DNA of 64,000 bases from contig JALGVJ010000018.1 of assembly GCA_029838195.1 (NCBI GenBank), positions 10,204 through 74,203 on the forward strand, read 5' to 3'. This DNA is from Promethearchaeota archaeon (GTDB lineage Archaea > Asgardarchaeota > Lokiarchaeia > Sigyniarchaeales > SOKP01). Every line of letters starts with the position of its first letter. Within the stretch, counting starts at the first letter, position 1. Below, piece after piece: positions 50,915 to 61,513 of the stretch. A model generated the notes under the pieces. It did not search any database and was not told the origin of the DNA. It worked only from the letters and a program-made list of their open reading frames with translations. Both the position numbers and the translations under genes were made by a program.

Positions 50915-51360
50915 TTATTTCCCTAAATTTATTGTTTATCCTTATTTATAGCAAAATCTCATGATCGTTAAATAAATTAATAATAAACCAATCGAATGGT
51001 CTGAATTGAACGGAGAGAGAACACTCATCAAAAATGATAAACCCTTAAATAATAAATCAAAAAATTAATAAAAATAAAACGGGGATACATAAAATTTTTT
51101 TGAATTTGAAAGGAAAAAGGAAAGGTTTCCATCATTTTTTTCTTTATATTTCCTCTAAGTGAGAAGAGTATAATGTTTAAATTATAAATTAAGAGAAAAT
51201 AATCTCTTATGGTACAAGAAAAATGAATAGAATCCAATTTTAAAGCAAATTTACTTCTTTCTAAGTTTTACTTTTAAAAATAGTTTGCTTTCAAATCATA
51301 AAAGAAAAATACCAGCATTACTTATACTTATTAAAAACCTTAAATGAAAGGTAATCTGAA

Positions 51361-52800
51361 ATGTCATTTTATAAAAAAAAAGAAGAGCCTTTTGCATTTG
51401 CCCTAATCGTGGGAAATAGAGATGCGTTTCCTGATGATCTTGCTAAAGAAGGACGAAAAGATATAATTGAATTAATGGAAGAAATGAATTATGATTACGT
51501 CATTATTGATGAAGCAGAAACGCCTTTTGGCGTGATCCAAACCTATCAAGATGCTAAGAAGTGCGCTCGTCTATTCAGACAGCACCAAGATAAAATTTCC
51601 GGCATAATTGTATGCTTGCCTAATTTTGGGGATGAAAAAGGAATTGCAAATACTTTAAAATTGGCCGATTTAAACGTGCCGATATTAATTCAAGCCTCCT
51701 CGGACGAAATTGATAAAATGTCAAGAAAATATCGGCGTGACGCCTTTTGCGGAAAAATTTCTGTCTGTAATATCTTACTTCAATATGGAATTCCTTTTAG
51801 CCTTACTCGCTTTCACACGTGCCCAATAAAATCTGAGGAATTTAAAGAAGATATTAGGAAATTTGAAAAAGTATGTAGAATTGTCAAGAAAATTAAAAAT
51901 GCGCGCCTTGGCCAAATTGGAACTAGACCAGAAGCTTTTGACACCGTACGATACAGCGAAAAAATCTTGGAGTTAAATGGGATTAGTATAGAACCAATTG
52001 ATTTATCCGAAATTTTAGGAAGAATTGCCCGCTTGGATGACAACGACGATAGAGTAAAGGAAAAGATTAAATTTATAAAAGAATACACTTCTAAAACCAA
52101 TGTATTTCAAGAAGAAGGTCTCTTAAAACTAGCAAAATTAGCCGTGGTAGTGGAAGAATGGGTCATTGAAAATGAATTGGACGGGTTTGCATTTCAATGT
52201 TGGCCCTCCCTTCAAGAGAACTTGGGAATTGTCCCATGCGCCGTAATGTCCATTTTTAGTGAAGGATTAGTTCCAGCCGCATGTGAAGTAGATATTAGTG
52301 GGCTTATTGGAATGCTCATTTTACAAATTGCCTCAGACACGCCCTCAGCAATCCTTGATTGGAATAATAATTATGGAAATGATCCGAATAAGATGGTGCT
52401 ATTTCACTGCAGTAATCTCCCAAAATCTTTCTTCGAAGACACAAGATTAACTGCCCATCCAATCATTTCCGATATACGAACTCCCGAAGTTTCTTACGGC
52501 GCCATCCAAGGGCGAATTAAACCAAAAGAATGTACTCTATTAAGAATTGAAACGGATGATGTATATGGCACTATTAAAGGAATTTTAGTGGAGGGAACTT
52601 ATACTAAAGATCCTTTAGATACCTATGGGGGATATGGAGTTGTTGCCATTCCAGATCTGCAATATCTTCTAAAAAGATTATGCTTAGGGGGGTTTGCACA
52701 TCATGTTGCAAGTACTCTTGATAATCATGTAGGAGAGATAGTTTACGAAGCATTGGTTAATTATCTTGGATGGGATATTTATTATCATGAGAAAGAATGA
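51361..52800 (+). CDS. L-fucose/L-arabinose isomerase family protein
   Basis: NFGDE, RRDAFCG, QCWP, ACEVD, LDWNN, FHCSN and GFAHHVA. Confidence 0.88.
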   Translation: MSFYKKKEEPFAFALIVGNRDAFPDDLAKEGRKDIIELMEEMNYDYVIIDEAETPFGVIQTYQDAKKCARLFRQHQDKISGIIVCLPNFGDEKGIANTLKLADLNVPILIQASSDEIDKMSRKYRRDAFCGKISVCNILLQYGIPFSLTRFHTCPIKSEEFKEDIRKFEKVCRIVKKIKNARLGQIGTRPEAFDTVRYSEKILELNGISIEPIDLSEILGRIARLDDNDDRVKEKIKFIKEYTSKTNVFQEEGLLKLAKLAVVVEEWVIENELDGFAFQCWPSLQENLGIVPCAVMSIFSEGLVPAACEVDISGLIGMLILQIASDTPSAILDWNNNYGNDPNKMVLFHCSNLPKSFFEDTRLTAHPIISDIRTPEVSYGAIQGRIKPKECTLLRIETDDVYGTIKGILVEGTYTKDPLDTYGGYGVVAIPDLQYLLKRLCLGGFAHHVASTLDNHVGEIVYEALVNYLGWDIYYHEKE

Positions 52801-53024
52801 ATTTAATCATTTTTTCTTTATTTTTATTTTATTTTTAAAAAAGATATTTATTCTGATTTCTTTTTCGCATGTAGCAACTACTCATGCAATTTTATTTTTG
52901 TTTAATTTTAAATAGATTAACTTTTTTTATTTATGAAAAGATTACTTATACGGAAAGTTATAAGTTTCTAAAAAAATTAAATCATTTTAAATCAAAAAAT
53001 GATACGAATTAGTGAGTATCAAGG

Positions 53025-53564
53025 ATGACAGTAAAAGAGAAAATCATCTTGAAGCTGTTAGTAAGTGGGGAAGGCGCAGTAGGAAAAACTTGCTTCATGA
53101 ATCGATATTGCAATGATGTTTTTGATCCAAAAAGCCCTTTAACTAAGGGTGTAGATTTTTTTTGCTCAAAAATCTATGATAATGGCGTGGAATGCGATTT
53201 GAGCATTTATGATTTTGGGGGCCAGGAGCAATTTCGTTTCATGTTAAAAGAATTTGTAAAAGGCACACGAGGAGCTTTTTTTCTTTTTGATTTAACCCGA
53301 TTATCCACTTTAGACCACCTTAATGAATGGTTTGAAATCATAGGAACTCATGAGAAAGTCCCTGTTCTTATTGTTGGTACAAAAAGAGATTTAATTGATG
53401 AGGATACTTCACGATCTATCAAGGAACATGTCGATCGCATTGTAAATCAATATGATTTTTGCATTGGCTATATAGAAGTATCTTCTAAAACAGGGGAAAA
53501 TATTGAGCGAGCCGTAGACTTCTTGGTATCGAAAATTTTACAAACGCGTGTAAATCATGTTTAA
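53025..53564 (+). CDS. Rab-like small GTPase
   Basis: GEGAVGKT, TKGVDF, DFGGQEQF, GTKRD and EVSSKT. No C-terminal Cys. Confidence 0.93.
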   Translation: MTVKEKIILKLLVSGEGAVGKTCFMNRYCNDVFDPKSPLTKGVDFFCSKIYDNGVECDLSIYDFGGQEQFRFMLKEFVKGTRGAFFLFDLTRLSTLDHLNEWFEIIGTHEKVPVLIVGTKRDLIDEDTSRSIKEHVDRIVNQYDFCIGYIEVSSKTGENIERAVDFLVSKILQTRVNHV

Positions 53565-53715
53565 AATATTGATATAAATTCCCGGGATTTTTGTTTTTAT
53601 CTTTTTTTTGGTTGTTTGGTTAACTATTAAAATTATCTAATTAAAAACATCATTTCCATTATTTTATCTTATTTTCAAGAATAATTAATTAGGAAAACAT
53701 ATTTATTTAAAGATA

Positions 53716-55656
53716 ATGGTGTTAGATGTTCAAGGACATTGGTTTATAGATCAAAAGGGAAGGAAAGTTCTTTTAAGAGGGGTAAATTTAGGCGGCAGTT
53801 CGAAAATTCCGGTAAAGCCTAATGGAGCCACGCATGTAAAAACAAATTTTCGAGACCACCGGGAAGTTTCTTTTATTGGGCGTCCTTTTCCTTTAAGAGA
53901 AGCTCATGAGCATTTTAAAAGGATCAAGCATTGGGGTTTTAATTGTATCAGGTTTTTAATCACGTGGGAAGCGGTAGAACATTTTGGTTCGGGAATTCAT
54001 GATAAAGAATATTTAGACTACTTAGAGGAGATTTTAAAAATAGCAAACGAATACAAGTTTTATATTTTTATTGATCCTCATCAAGATGTTTGGAGTAGGA
54101 TGACGGGGGGAGATGGAGCGCCAGGGTGGCTATTTGAGAAGGTGGGTCTAGATTTTACGAAATTTGATGCTTCGGAAGCGGCTTTTGTAATGCAATATCG
54201 ATATGATCCTTCCAATCCAAAAGCTTATCCTCAGATGTATTGGGATAATAATAACGTCAGATTTGCAAATGCCACGATGTGGACTTTATTTTTTGGTGGA
54301 AAGGATTTTGCTCCATCGTGTACAATTAATGGTCAGAATATTCAAGAATATATGCAATCCCATTTTTTCAATTCCGTGAAACAAATTGCCCTTCGAGTAA
54401 AAGATATTCCTGCAATTATAGGATTTGAAACGTTAAATGAGCCAAAACAAGGGTGGATTGAACGTTGGGTCGATGGAAGGGATAAAGAAAATTATGCAGA
54501 ACTTTTAGGACACGTGATAACCCCAATTGATGCAATGGCTCTTGCGGCTGGGATCCCGAGAGAAGTGGGATATCAAGAGATTAAAGGCTTAGGGATCAAA
54601 CAAACACGTAAAGAGATCTTGAATAAATATAAGATTAGTTGTTGGCTGGAGGGGGCTGAGGATATTTGGAGAAAAGAAGGCGTATGGGACATTAATGATG
54701 AAAATCAACCCATTATTATAAAAAACGATCATTTTTGTATTATCAATGGGAAAAAAGTTGATTTTTATAAACTTTATTTATCTCCTTTTATTAATTCTTA
54801 CGCTAAAATGATTCATGAAATAATGCCTCATGCCATTATTTTTTTTGAAGGACCGGAATTGGATGCCATGAAAGGCATTAAACGTAATTTCATTCTTTCG
54901 AGAGAACAAGGACCTTTTGTCCATGCTCCTCATTGGTATGATACGGCTTCAACCGTGACTAAAAGAGCATGGCTTAGGTTCAACATTGATATAATGAGAA
55001 ATAAATTAATAATTGGGAAAAAAAATGTACAAAAAATGTTTAATCGTCAATTAAAAACTATAAAAAGTACCGCTGAACAAATGTTAGCTGGCATTCCTAC
55101 ATTAATCGGCGAATTTGGCTTGCATTACGATTTAAATAAGAAAAAAGCATATAAAAAATTTAAAAAAATAGGGAATCGGGCATTTAAAAAGAACGTGGAA
55201 GCATTAAACATGTTTTATAATGCATTAGATGCTAATCTTCTTCATGGCACTCAATGGAATTACACTTCAGATAATAATAATGAATGGGGAGACCAATGGA
55301 ACTTAGAAGATTTATCCATATTTTCTCGTGACCAACAAACTAATCCGAATGATATTAATAGCGGAGGAAGGGCAATTGAAGGATTTTGCCGTCCTCACCT
55401 CATGAAGTGTGCGGGAACTCCATTGAAAATGGAATTTATTTTGAAAAAAGGTATCTTTATATTTGAATATGAAGCAGACTCTTCTTTAAAAACTCCCACG
55501 ATTATTTATATTCCATCCATGCAATACCCCAAAGGATATAAAATTGAAATCTTAAATAATAGTAATAATGTCAAAATAGAGAAAAAAGAGCATTTTTTAA
55601 AGATTTTTTCCAATGATGCTGGTATTATTAAAATCATGATAAAAAGGATTAAATAA
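53716..55656 (+). CDS. GH5 glycoside hydrolase, endoglycoceramidase-related/steryl-beta-glucosidase type
   Basis: RGVNL, GRPFPL, TWEAVEH, DPHQDVWSR, GDGAP, NEP (acid/base) and IGEFG (nucleophile). Confidence 0.88.
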   Translation: MVLDVQGHWFIDQKGRKVLLRGVNLGGSSKIPVKPNGATHVKTNFRDHREVSFIGRPFPLREAHEHFKRIKHWGFNCIRFLITWEAVEHFGSGIHDKEYLDYLEEILKIANEYKFYIFIDPHQDVWSRMTGGDGAPGWLFEKVGLDFTKFDASEAAFVMQYRYDPSNPKAYPQMYWDNNNVRFANATMWTLFFGGKDFAPSCTINGQNIQEYMQSHFFNSVKQIALRVKDIPAIIGFETLNEPKQGWIERWVDGRDKENYAELLGHVITPIDAMALAAGIPREVGYQEIKGLGIKQTRKEILNKYKISCWLEGAEDIWRKEGVWDINDENQPIIIKNDHFCIINGKKVDFYKLYLSPFINSYAKMIHEIMPHAIIFFEGPELDAMKGIKRNFILSREQGPFVHAPHWYDTASTVTKRAWLRFNIDIMRNKLIIGKKNVQKMFNRQLKTIKSTAEQMLAGIPTLIGEFGLHYDLNKKKAYKKFKKIGNRAFKKNVEALNMFYNALDANLLHGTQWNYTSDNNNEWGDQWNLEDLSIFSRDQQTNPNDINSGGRAIEGFCRPHLMKCAGTPLKMEFILKKGIFIFEYEADSSLKTPTIIYIPSMQYPKGYKIEILNNSNNVKIEKKEHFLKIFSNDAGIIKIMIKRIK

Positions 55657-55665
55657 ACATTTTTT

Positions 55666-56865
55666 TTAATTTATTGGAAATTTGGGAATATCTTCTTTGA
55701 GATAAGTCAAATAATTTTCAATAAAATAGCTTAAATCTCGAAACTTTGGTGAAAATCCCGTTCTTACGAAAACTGCCGTTAGCGCATTTCCTAAAAGGAT
55801 GGCTTCAGGAGGACTTAAATCGCAGCTTAGTCCTACCACCATTCCAGCATTAAAATGGTCGCCCGCACTCGTGGTATAACTAGGACGTGAGGTAAAGGCT
55901 TCATACACCCAATAATGATCACGTGGCGTGCTAATCGTAGCAAAATGAGGAGAATGAATGACTAAATAAGAGAGATTTAATTCTTGATTTATTGAAAATC
56001 CCCCTTTAATGAAATCTTCAAATTTTTTTTTCTCAGGATCTAAGGCTTTTACTCCATCTAATGCTTTAGAGATATCTATAGTTTCTTGATCATTTAAGCT
56101 CAATACCACGGGAATGAATTCGTTAAGTTTTTTAATGACTTTGACCATTCTTAAAATTTCACTCTTAGATTTTTTTTTCATATCTGCTAAATCGATTAAA
56201 AAAAGTTTTTTCTCAAGTCGAGGCATGGAAGGACATATTTGTTCAATAAAAGCATTCCAAATATTTTCAAACCGTGGGATGGTAGACCAGTAACCCATCC
56301 CTATAATATCTGATGGCATCATATTATCCATTAACGCTTGAATTCCCACTCGATCAACAATGAACTTCCAATTGATTTTGTATAAGTTTTCGAAATTGGA
56401 AAGCATGATTTTCCCATCATGAAATTCTAATCCTATCGTTAAAGCAGGGTTACAAAAGGAAACTACATTAATTTTTTCATTAGTCAAGAAATCATGAAAT
56501 ACTTCATTAATTTTAGGATATCCAAAGGCTCCAATTACATTAACATTTACTCCTAATCCATTCATTGCTTTGCAAGTATTTGCTACAAAGCCACCCGAAA
56601 CCTTTCTTTTTAATATTATTTCGATATTGGTAGAACTTCCTGATATTTCCGATATTAATTGAGCTAAGGTTTTCATACTCTCCATTTTTTCCCATTCCTC
56701 AAGACTTTTTCTTGATTTAGCAAGTGTATAGAGATAATCTACAAAACCATCAAAACCAAGAAATGCCGTTTTTTTTGAAAGCAAGTTCTTTAAGGAGGGA
56801 AATTTTTTTTTAATTGAATCAAGCGTTTCTAATGTAACATCATATGGATTTTCTTTTCTCGTCAT
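55666..56865 (-). CDS. PfkB/ribokinase-like carbohydrate kinase
   Basis: GFDGFVD, SGG, LSLNDQE and TTSAGDHFNAG. Confidence 0.82.
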   Translation of the reverse strand: MTRKENPYDVTLETLDSIKKKFPSLKNLLSKKTAFLGFDGFVDYLYTLAKSRKSLEEWEKMESMKTLAQLISEISGSSTNIEIILKRKVSGGFVANTCKAMNGLGVNVNVIGAFGYPKINEVFHDFLTNEKINVVSFCNPALTIGLEFHDGKIMLSNFENLYKINWKFIVDRVGIQALMDNMMPSDIIGMGYWSTIPRFENIWNAFIEQICPSMPRLEKKLFLIDLADMKKKSKSEILRMVKVIKKLNEFIPVVLSLNDQETIDISKALDGVKALDPEKKKFEDFIKGGFSINQELNLSYLVIHSPHFATISTPRDHYWVYEAFTSRPSYTTSAGDHFNAGMVVGLSCDLSPPEAILLGNALTAVFVRTGFSPKFRDLSYFIENYLTYLKEDIPKFPIN

Positions 56866-56891
56866 TTGTACTTAATTTCAGTAAATTTGCA

Positions 56892-58031
56892 TCAAATTTT
56901 TTTCTTAATAATTAATTTTTTATCAAAAAATCCCTCATTAATTAATTTTCTTTTCTCATCGGTAAAAATAGTATATAACTCAAACTGAGGAGAGTATTTT
57001 TCTTGTTTTTTATTTTTCTTTTGAAATTCTAATAAGCGTTTTCTGGTTAAATATATCGCATGGTTCGAAATATCGGCTCCTATCCAATTTCGATTTAATT
57101 GTTCTGCTGCTAGTAATGTTGTTCCCGCTCCACAGAAAAAATCGGCCACTAAATCGCCCTCTTTAGACCCCAATTGAATGATTCTTCGCAGCAGATCGGG
57201 GTGCTTTTGAGTGGGATATCCCGTAAAATGCCTAGACGCCGGTTGCAGGCAAGGAATTTTCCAAACATCATCCATTTTTTTATCCTTAACGATTCTATAA
57301 ATAACTTTATTATTTTCATCTTTCGCATTTTTTAATACACCATTTACCATCACTCTCTTGAGTTGCTTTACAGGCTTTTTACGAGGGATTCGAAGCTCGT
57401 TAAAAGTATATTTATCGGATTTCGAATATACAAAAATATTATCATGAGCTCGAGGTAGTCGTTTTTTTCCCGGTGAGTACTTGTTATAATAATACCATAT
57501 AATCTCATTTACAAATCGTTCCGGACCAAACACCTTATCTAATAAAAGACGGATGTAATGGGAAGCATGCCAATCTGCATGAAGAAAAAATAATCCCTCT
57601 TTTTTTAATAATAAATAAATGAGAAAAATTCGTTTATTTAGCATTTGGAGATAGAGAGTCAAATCATTTTTCCACGTGTCTCCATAAGCTAGCGATTCTT
57701 GATTTTTTTTATTTTCTTGTATAATGACGTGATAATCATTACCAGAGAAAAAGGGCGGATCGATATATATCATATCAATTTTTCCTTCAAAATGATTTAA
57801 TAGATGATACATTACCTTAAGATTATCCTCCCAAAATAATATATTTTTCATTTTCTGAGGATTTTCATCATGCATTTGAATTATTTCGCTCAAATCGTCT
57901 GTAGTTGATACTTTTTCGAATTTATTTTCATAATTTTTTTTCATTTCTTCTAAATTAGCTTGGATTTCTGTTGTATCCAGCCACTTAAAATCGTCCATCC
58001 TTCTTATCCATACAAGTTTTAATTTTAACAC
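56892..58031 (-). CDS. amino-DNA methyltransferase (beta class, Mod-like)
   Basis: YIDPPF precedes YPTQK and DFFCGAGTT. Likely start is ATG 57998. Confidence 0.92.
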   Translation of the reverse strand: MLKLKLVWIRRMDDFKWLDTTEIQANLEEMKKNYENKFEKVSTTDDLSEIIQMHDENPQKMKNILFWEDNLKVMYHLLNHFEGKIDMIYIDPPFFSGNDYHVIIQENKKNQESLAYGDTWKNDLTLYLQMLNKRIFLIYLLLKKEGLFFLHADWHASHYIRLLLDKVFGPERFVNEIIWYYYNKYSPGKKRLPRAHDNIFVYSKSDKYTFNELRIPRKKPVKQLKRVMVNGVLKNAKDENNKVIYRIVKDKKMDDVWKIPCLQPASRHFTGYPTQKHPDLLRRIIQLGSKEGDLVADFFCGAGTTLLAAEQLNRNWIGADISNHAIYLTRKRLLEFQKKNKKQEKYSPQFELYTIFTDEKRKLINEGFFDKKLIIKKKI

Positions 58032-58157
58032 TTATTTTACATGAAATTAGAATTTAAATCTATAAAAAATTTATTTATTAATGAATAAAGAAGAGTGGAT
58101 TAAAGATAATAACTTTTTCCACCATTTCGATAATTACTGATAAAAATAAGATTTTGG

Positions 58158-58958
58158 ATGATAAAACTCTATATTGGCTGCGCCGGTTGGGAATGTAAGG
58201 ATTGGATAGGTCTCTTTTATCCTAAAAAATTACCATTCCGGGACCATTTGGAATTTTATGCTAAATTTTTCAACGTCTTGGAGATTAATTCCACGTTTTA
58301 TAATCTTCCTTCAGAGCAAGTTATAATGAGCTGGAGCAATGCGGTTCCCGATGATTTTTTATATATTATTAAGATGTGGAGGAACATCTCTCACGATTTT
58401 GATAGTCTTGATTTTCATGAACGCATGGATATATTTTTCGAACGGTTTAGACCTTTAGAAGATAAGATTTTTGGGTATTTACTTCAATTACCTCCATGGT
58501 TTAAACATTCTGACAAGTATCTTGAAAAAGTAAAAGGGTTCATCAGAAATCATCCTTCTCAGAAGTTTTTAATTCTAGAATTTCGGGATAATTCTTGGTT
58601 TAAAACCGAACTAATTTCTCAATTTTATTCTGAGAAAAATACCATTATTTCTACTACCTATTTAGAAAATTTAATTCCTTTTTATTATCCAAACCAACAA
58701 TTTTATTATATTCGCCTGATTGGAGATCGGCAGTTAAAAATTTTCAATAGGATACAACGAGACCAAAATGAAATCTTAGACGAGCTTCATGAACATCTTT
58801 CTGAATTAAAAAAAACTCCAAAAATTTTTAAAATTTTTATCATCGTAAATAATCACTTTACCGGCTTTGCTCCAGAAACCGCAAATTTATTAAAAAAAAA
58901 ATTTGGATTGCCCTATAAGAATTTCAGCAAGCAAAAAAGCATTACAGAATTTTTTTGA
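58158..58958 (+). CDS. DUF72 (YecE) family protein
   Basis: IGCAGW, EINSTFY, LQLPP, LEFR and NNH. Confidence 0.92.
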   Translation: MIKLYIGCAGWECKDWIGLFYPKKLPFRDHLEFYAKFFNVLEINSTFYNLPSEQVIMSWSNAVPDDFLYIIKMWRNISHDFDSLDFHERMDIFFERFRPLEDKIFGYLLQLPPWFKHSDKYLEKVKGFIRNHPSQKFLILEFRDNSWFKTELISQFYSEKNTIISTTYLENLIPFYYPNQQFYYIRLIGDRQLKIFNRIQRDQNEILDELHEHLSELKKTPKIFKIFIIVNNHFTGFAPETANLLKKKFGLPYKNFSKQKSITEFF

Positions 58959-59020
58959 TCAATTATTCGGTTATTTTTTTAGAAAAAAATATTAGTTTAT
59001 TCTCCCATTAATATTGTATC

Positions 59021-60379
59021 ATGGGAGTATTTGAAAATCTTAAATTGCTCTTTATTAAAGAAAATTGGAGATATACCATCCTTTTATGCTGGCTAATTGG
59101 AGGAATTGGATTCATGCGATTTTTACCCGTCGTAGGAATATTCATATTTCTTCCTCTTTTGGCTTTTTTAGTATTTCTCCTGTTTTTCTCCATGGTTTCA
59201 AAAAAAAATATTGAAGATTATCCTACTTATCAAGTTATCATTTTATTTTTTATATCTCTCCCTTTCTTATTTTTAATTTTTATTTTTTTAGTATTTCTTG
59301 CCTTAATTGCCGTACTTGTTTATATTTTTTTATCCTCTTGGTTTATTTTATATTGGTGTTATACAACCGCGTATCAAATTGACATGAAATTAAAGTCTCG
59401 GCGGTTTCACAAATTCTTAAGAGGAGTAGAATTAATAGGCGGATTTATTATCTCTTTAATTTTATTAGGAATCTTTACCATGGGCTCTATAATCTATATT
59501 GTTTTTTTAAAACCTGATATTCCCATTTTCATTAATATTATTTATCTATTAATTGGGATTATTTTTATTGGTTTTTTTATTTACACGCTTCACTTTTCGA
59601 TAAAAAATAAAATCTTAATCAGTTGGATGGGAATATATCTCTTATTGATTTCAATTTATACTTTTTATTTAGTCATTCAAGTATTTTTATCACTCAGCGG
59701 CTCCGAAACCACTACTCTTAACGCCCAGATAGGGTTATACGTGTTAGATATTGCCCTCTTAATTTATTCCGTGAGTACGATTATAAGTGAGAAAGCGAAA
59801 ATTTTAGCAGAAAAAATCCCATGGTTTGGAATCGATACAGCTTTAATCGTTTTAATCGCATCAAAAGCATGTTATGAATTTTATAATAATTTTGATTACA
59901 ATTTAATCCAATTCGTTCCTATTCTTCAAAATTATCTTAAATTTGACATGATCATCTGGATAACTTCTGATTTAAGTCTTTACAAGAATATCGGGGTTTT
60001 AATTTTCTTTATCTTATTAATTATCATTATTGGCGCCTATGAAATAAGAAAGCAGGGCTACCGAGAAATAGAAATGGCCATAGAAGAATTTGAGGGAGAA
60101 ACCGAAGAAGACAGAGAAGCCCAGGCGATAGAAGAGGCGGGAGTAACAAATTTAGAAAATTTACTTGAAGCGGCAAAAAGAGAAGAACGAGAACCCATTG
60201 ATAATCTTGGAGAATCTGAGAATTTAGAGGAAGAATTATCCAAATTAGAAGAAGAACTAATGGATGAAATTAGAGACGAAAAAGACATTTCTGACAATTC
60301 CACCCCAAATTTTATTGCAGATGGGGAAGAGAAGGAAGATAAGAGGACACTCCCTAAAAATGATGATTCAGAACACTAA
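59021..60379 (+). CDS. multi-pass membrane protein with an acidic C-terminal tail
   Basis: About 10 hydrophobic segments followed by about 100 aa rich in E/D. Confidence 0.75.
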   Translation: MGVFENLKLLFIKENWRYTILLCWLIGGIGFMRFLPVVGIFIFLPLLAFLVFLLFFSMVSKKNIEDYPTYQVIILFFISLPFLFLIFIFLVFLALIAVLVYIFLSSWFILYWCYTTAYQIDMKLKSRRFHKFLRGVELIGGFIISLILLGIFTMGSIIYIVFLKPDIPIFINIIYLLIGIIFIGFFIYTLHFSIKNKILISWMGIYLLLISIYTFYLVIQVFLSLSGSETTTLNAQIGLYVLDIALLIYSVSTIISEKAKILAEKIPWFGIDTALIVLIASKACYEFYNNFDYNLIQFVPILQNYLKFDMIIWITSDLSLYKNIGVLIFFILLIIIIGAYEIRKQGYREIEMAIEEFEGETEEDREAQAIEEAGVTNLENLLEAAKREEREPIDNLGESENLEEELSKLEEELMDEIRDEKDISDNSTPNFIADGEEKEDKRTLPKNDDSEH

Positions 60380-60571
60380 TTTGAAAATTTAATGCTTTAA
60401 AATTTTATTTTCCTTCAATATTTTTTTTTTTCCTTGAAAAATTAGAAATTCTTTTAAGATAAGGTCTTTATTAAATAATAAGAAATCTTTTATTGTTAAA
60501 GAAATGACCTCTTGAATATAAAAGAATTTCATCATTAAAAAAACTAAATTTTAACTCATTCGGTAGTTAAA

Positions 60572-61099
60572 ATGAAAGATTCTACAGAACACCTAGAAAA
60601 AGAAAATCTCATTAAAATGCTTGAAAAATTGGCTCTAAAAATAGAACAAATGAATAGCGAGATTTCTCAACTAAAACATAAATTAGATAAATTGAATAAA
60701 ATTAACAGGAGTTTTGGCCTTAAGTCACTTCGCAATTCCGAACCCTTAGAATTCGCTAAAGAGATACAGGGGATTGCGAGTCCCTCTAAAAAATACTTTT
60801 TATCCATTAGGGCCATCACGGAGATGTGGAAAGGAAGAAAGAATGATATTTTAATTATCATTAGACAACATGACCTTGAACAAAAACAAGACTTGAAAGC
60901 TTTAGGTATTAGAATCCCCATCACCGACATCAGCTCCTTTCGCACGTTAACGAGAGAAATCGCATCTCTCTTATATATTGCTTGCGAATTAAAAGGAATT
61001 GATACCACCTTGATTTTTCGAGAGATATTAGAGGATATCTACAAGAATCGAGAAAGCATGTTAAATGAAATCAAGCGAAAGATGGATTTAAAAATCTAA
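60572..61099 (+). CDS. hypothetical protein: N-terminal coiled coil plus a possible PUR/PC4-like domain
   Basis: Heptad pattern in aa 10-48, then a beta-beta-beta-alpha-like pattern. Confidence 0.65.
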   Translation: MKDSTEHLEKENLIKMLEKLALKIEQMNSEISQLKHKLDKLNKINRSFGLKSLRNSEPLEFAKEIQGIASPSKKYFLSIRAITEMWKGRKNDILIIIRQHDLEQKQDLKALGIRIPITDISSFRTLTREIASLLYIACELKGIDTTLIFREILEDIYKNRESMLNEIKRKMDLKI

Positions 61100-61513
61100 T
61101 TTCTCGACTGCTTATAAGCAATTTGAAAAGATAATATCTTTAAAATATAAGTTCTATCCAATCAACTTAATTCTAATTAATCTCGAATTAAAAAAATTCT
61201 ATTATTAACCCTTTTAATAATTGATAAATCTCCTGATTTACGTGAAATCATCGTTTCACGAACTTTCTGAACTTGAATATGAAATAATATGGTCATCTTC
61301 TCATGACATCAAATAGAGCTGAATCGTGAGGATGTTTATTTTTATATTATTATTATTATAGGGAATTTCTTTTAAACCAAGTTATGGGTAAAAAATCCTA
61401 ATATTCATGATTTTTCAAAACAACTTAACTCTTTCATCCGCTTACTTCTTTTTAGTCGTTCCTCCATCCTACTTTTAAATAAAATATCTAAAAATAGAAA
61501 ATTCCTTATCTTA

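Noticed and set aside
51028-51237. 69-aa minus-strand ORF
   Set aside because: AT-rich divergent promoter region with F/I/L/Y-biased composition, probably spurious.
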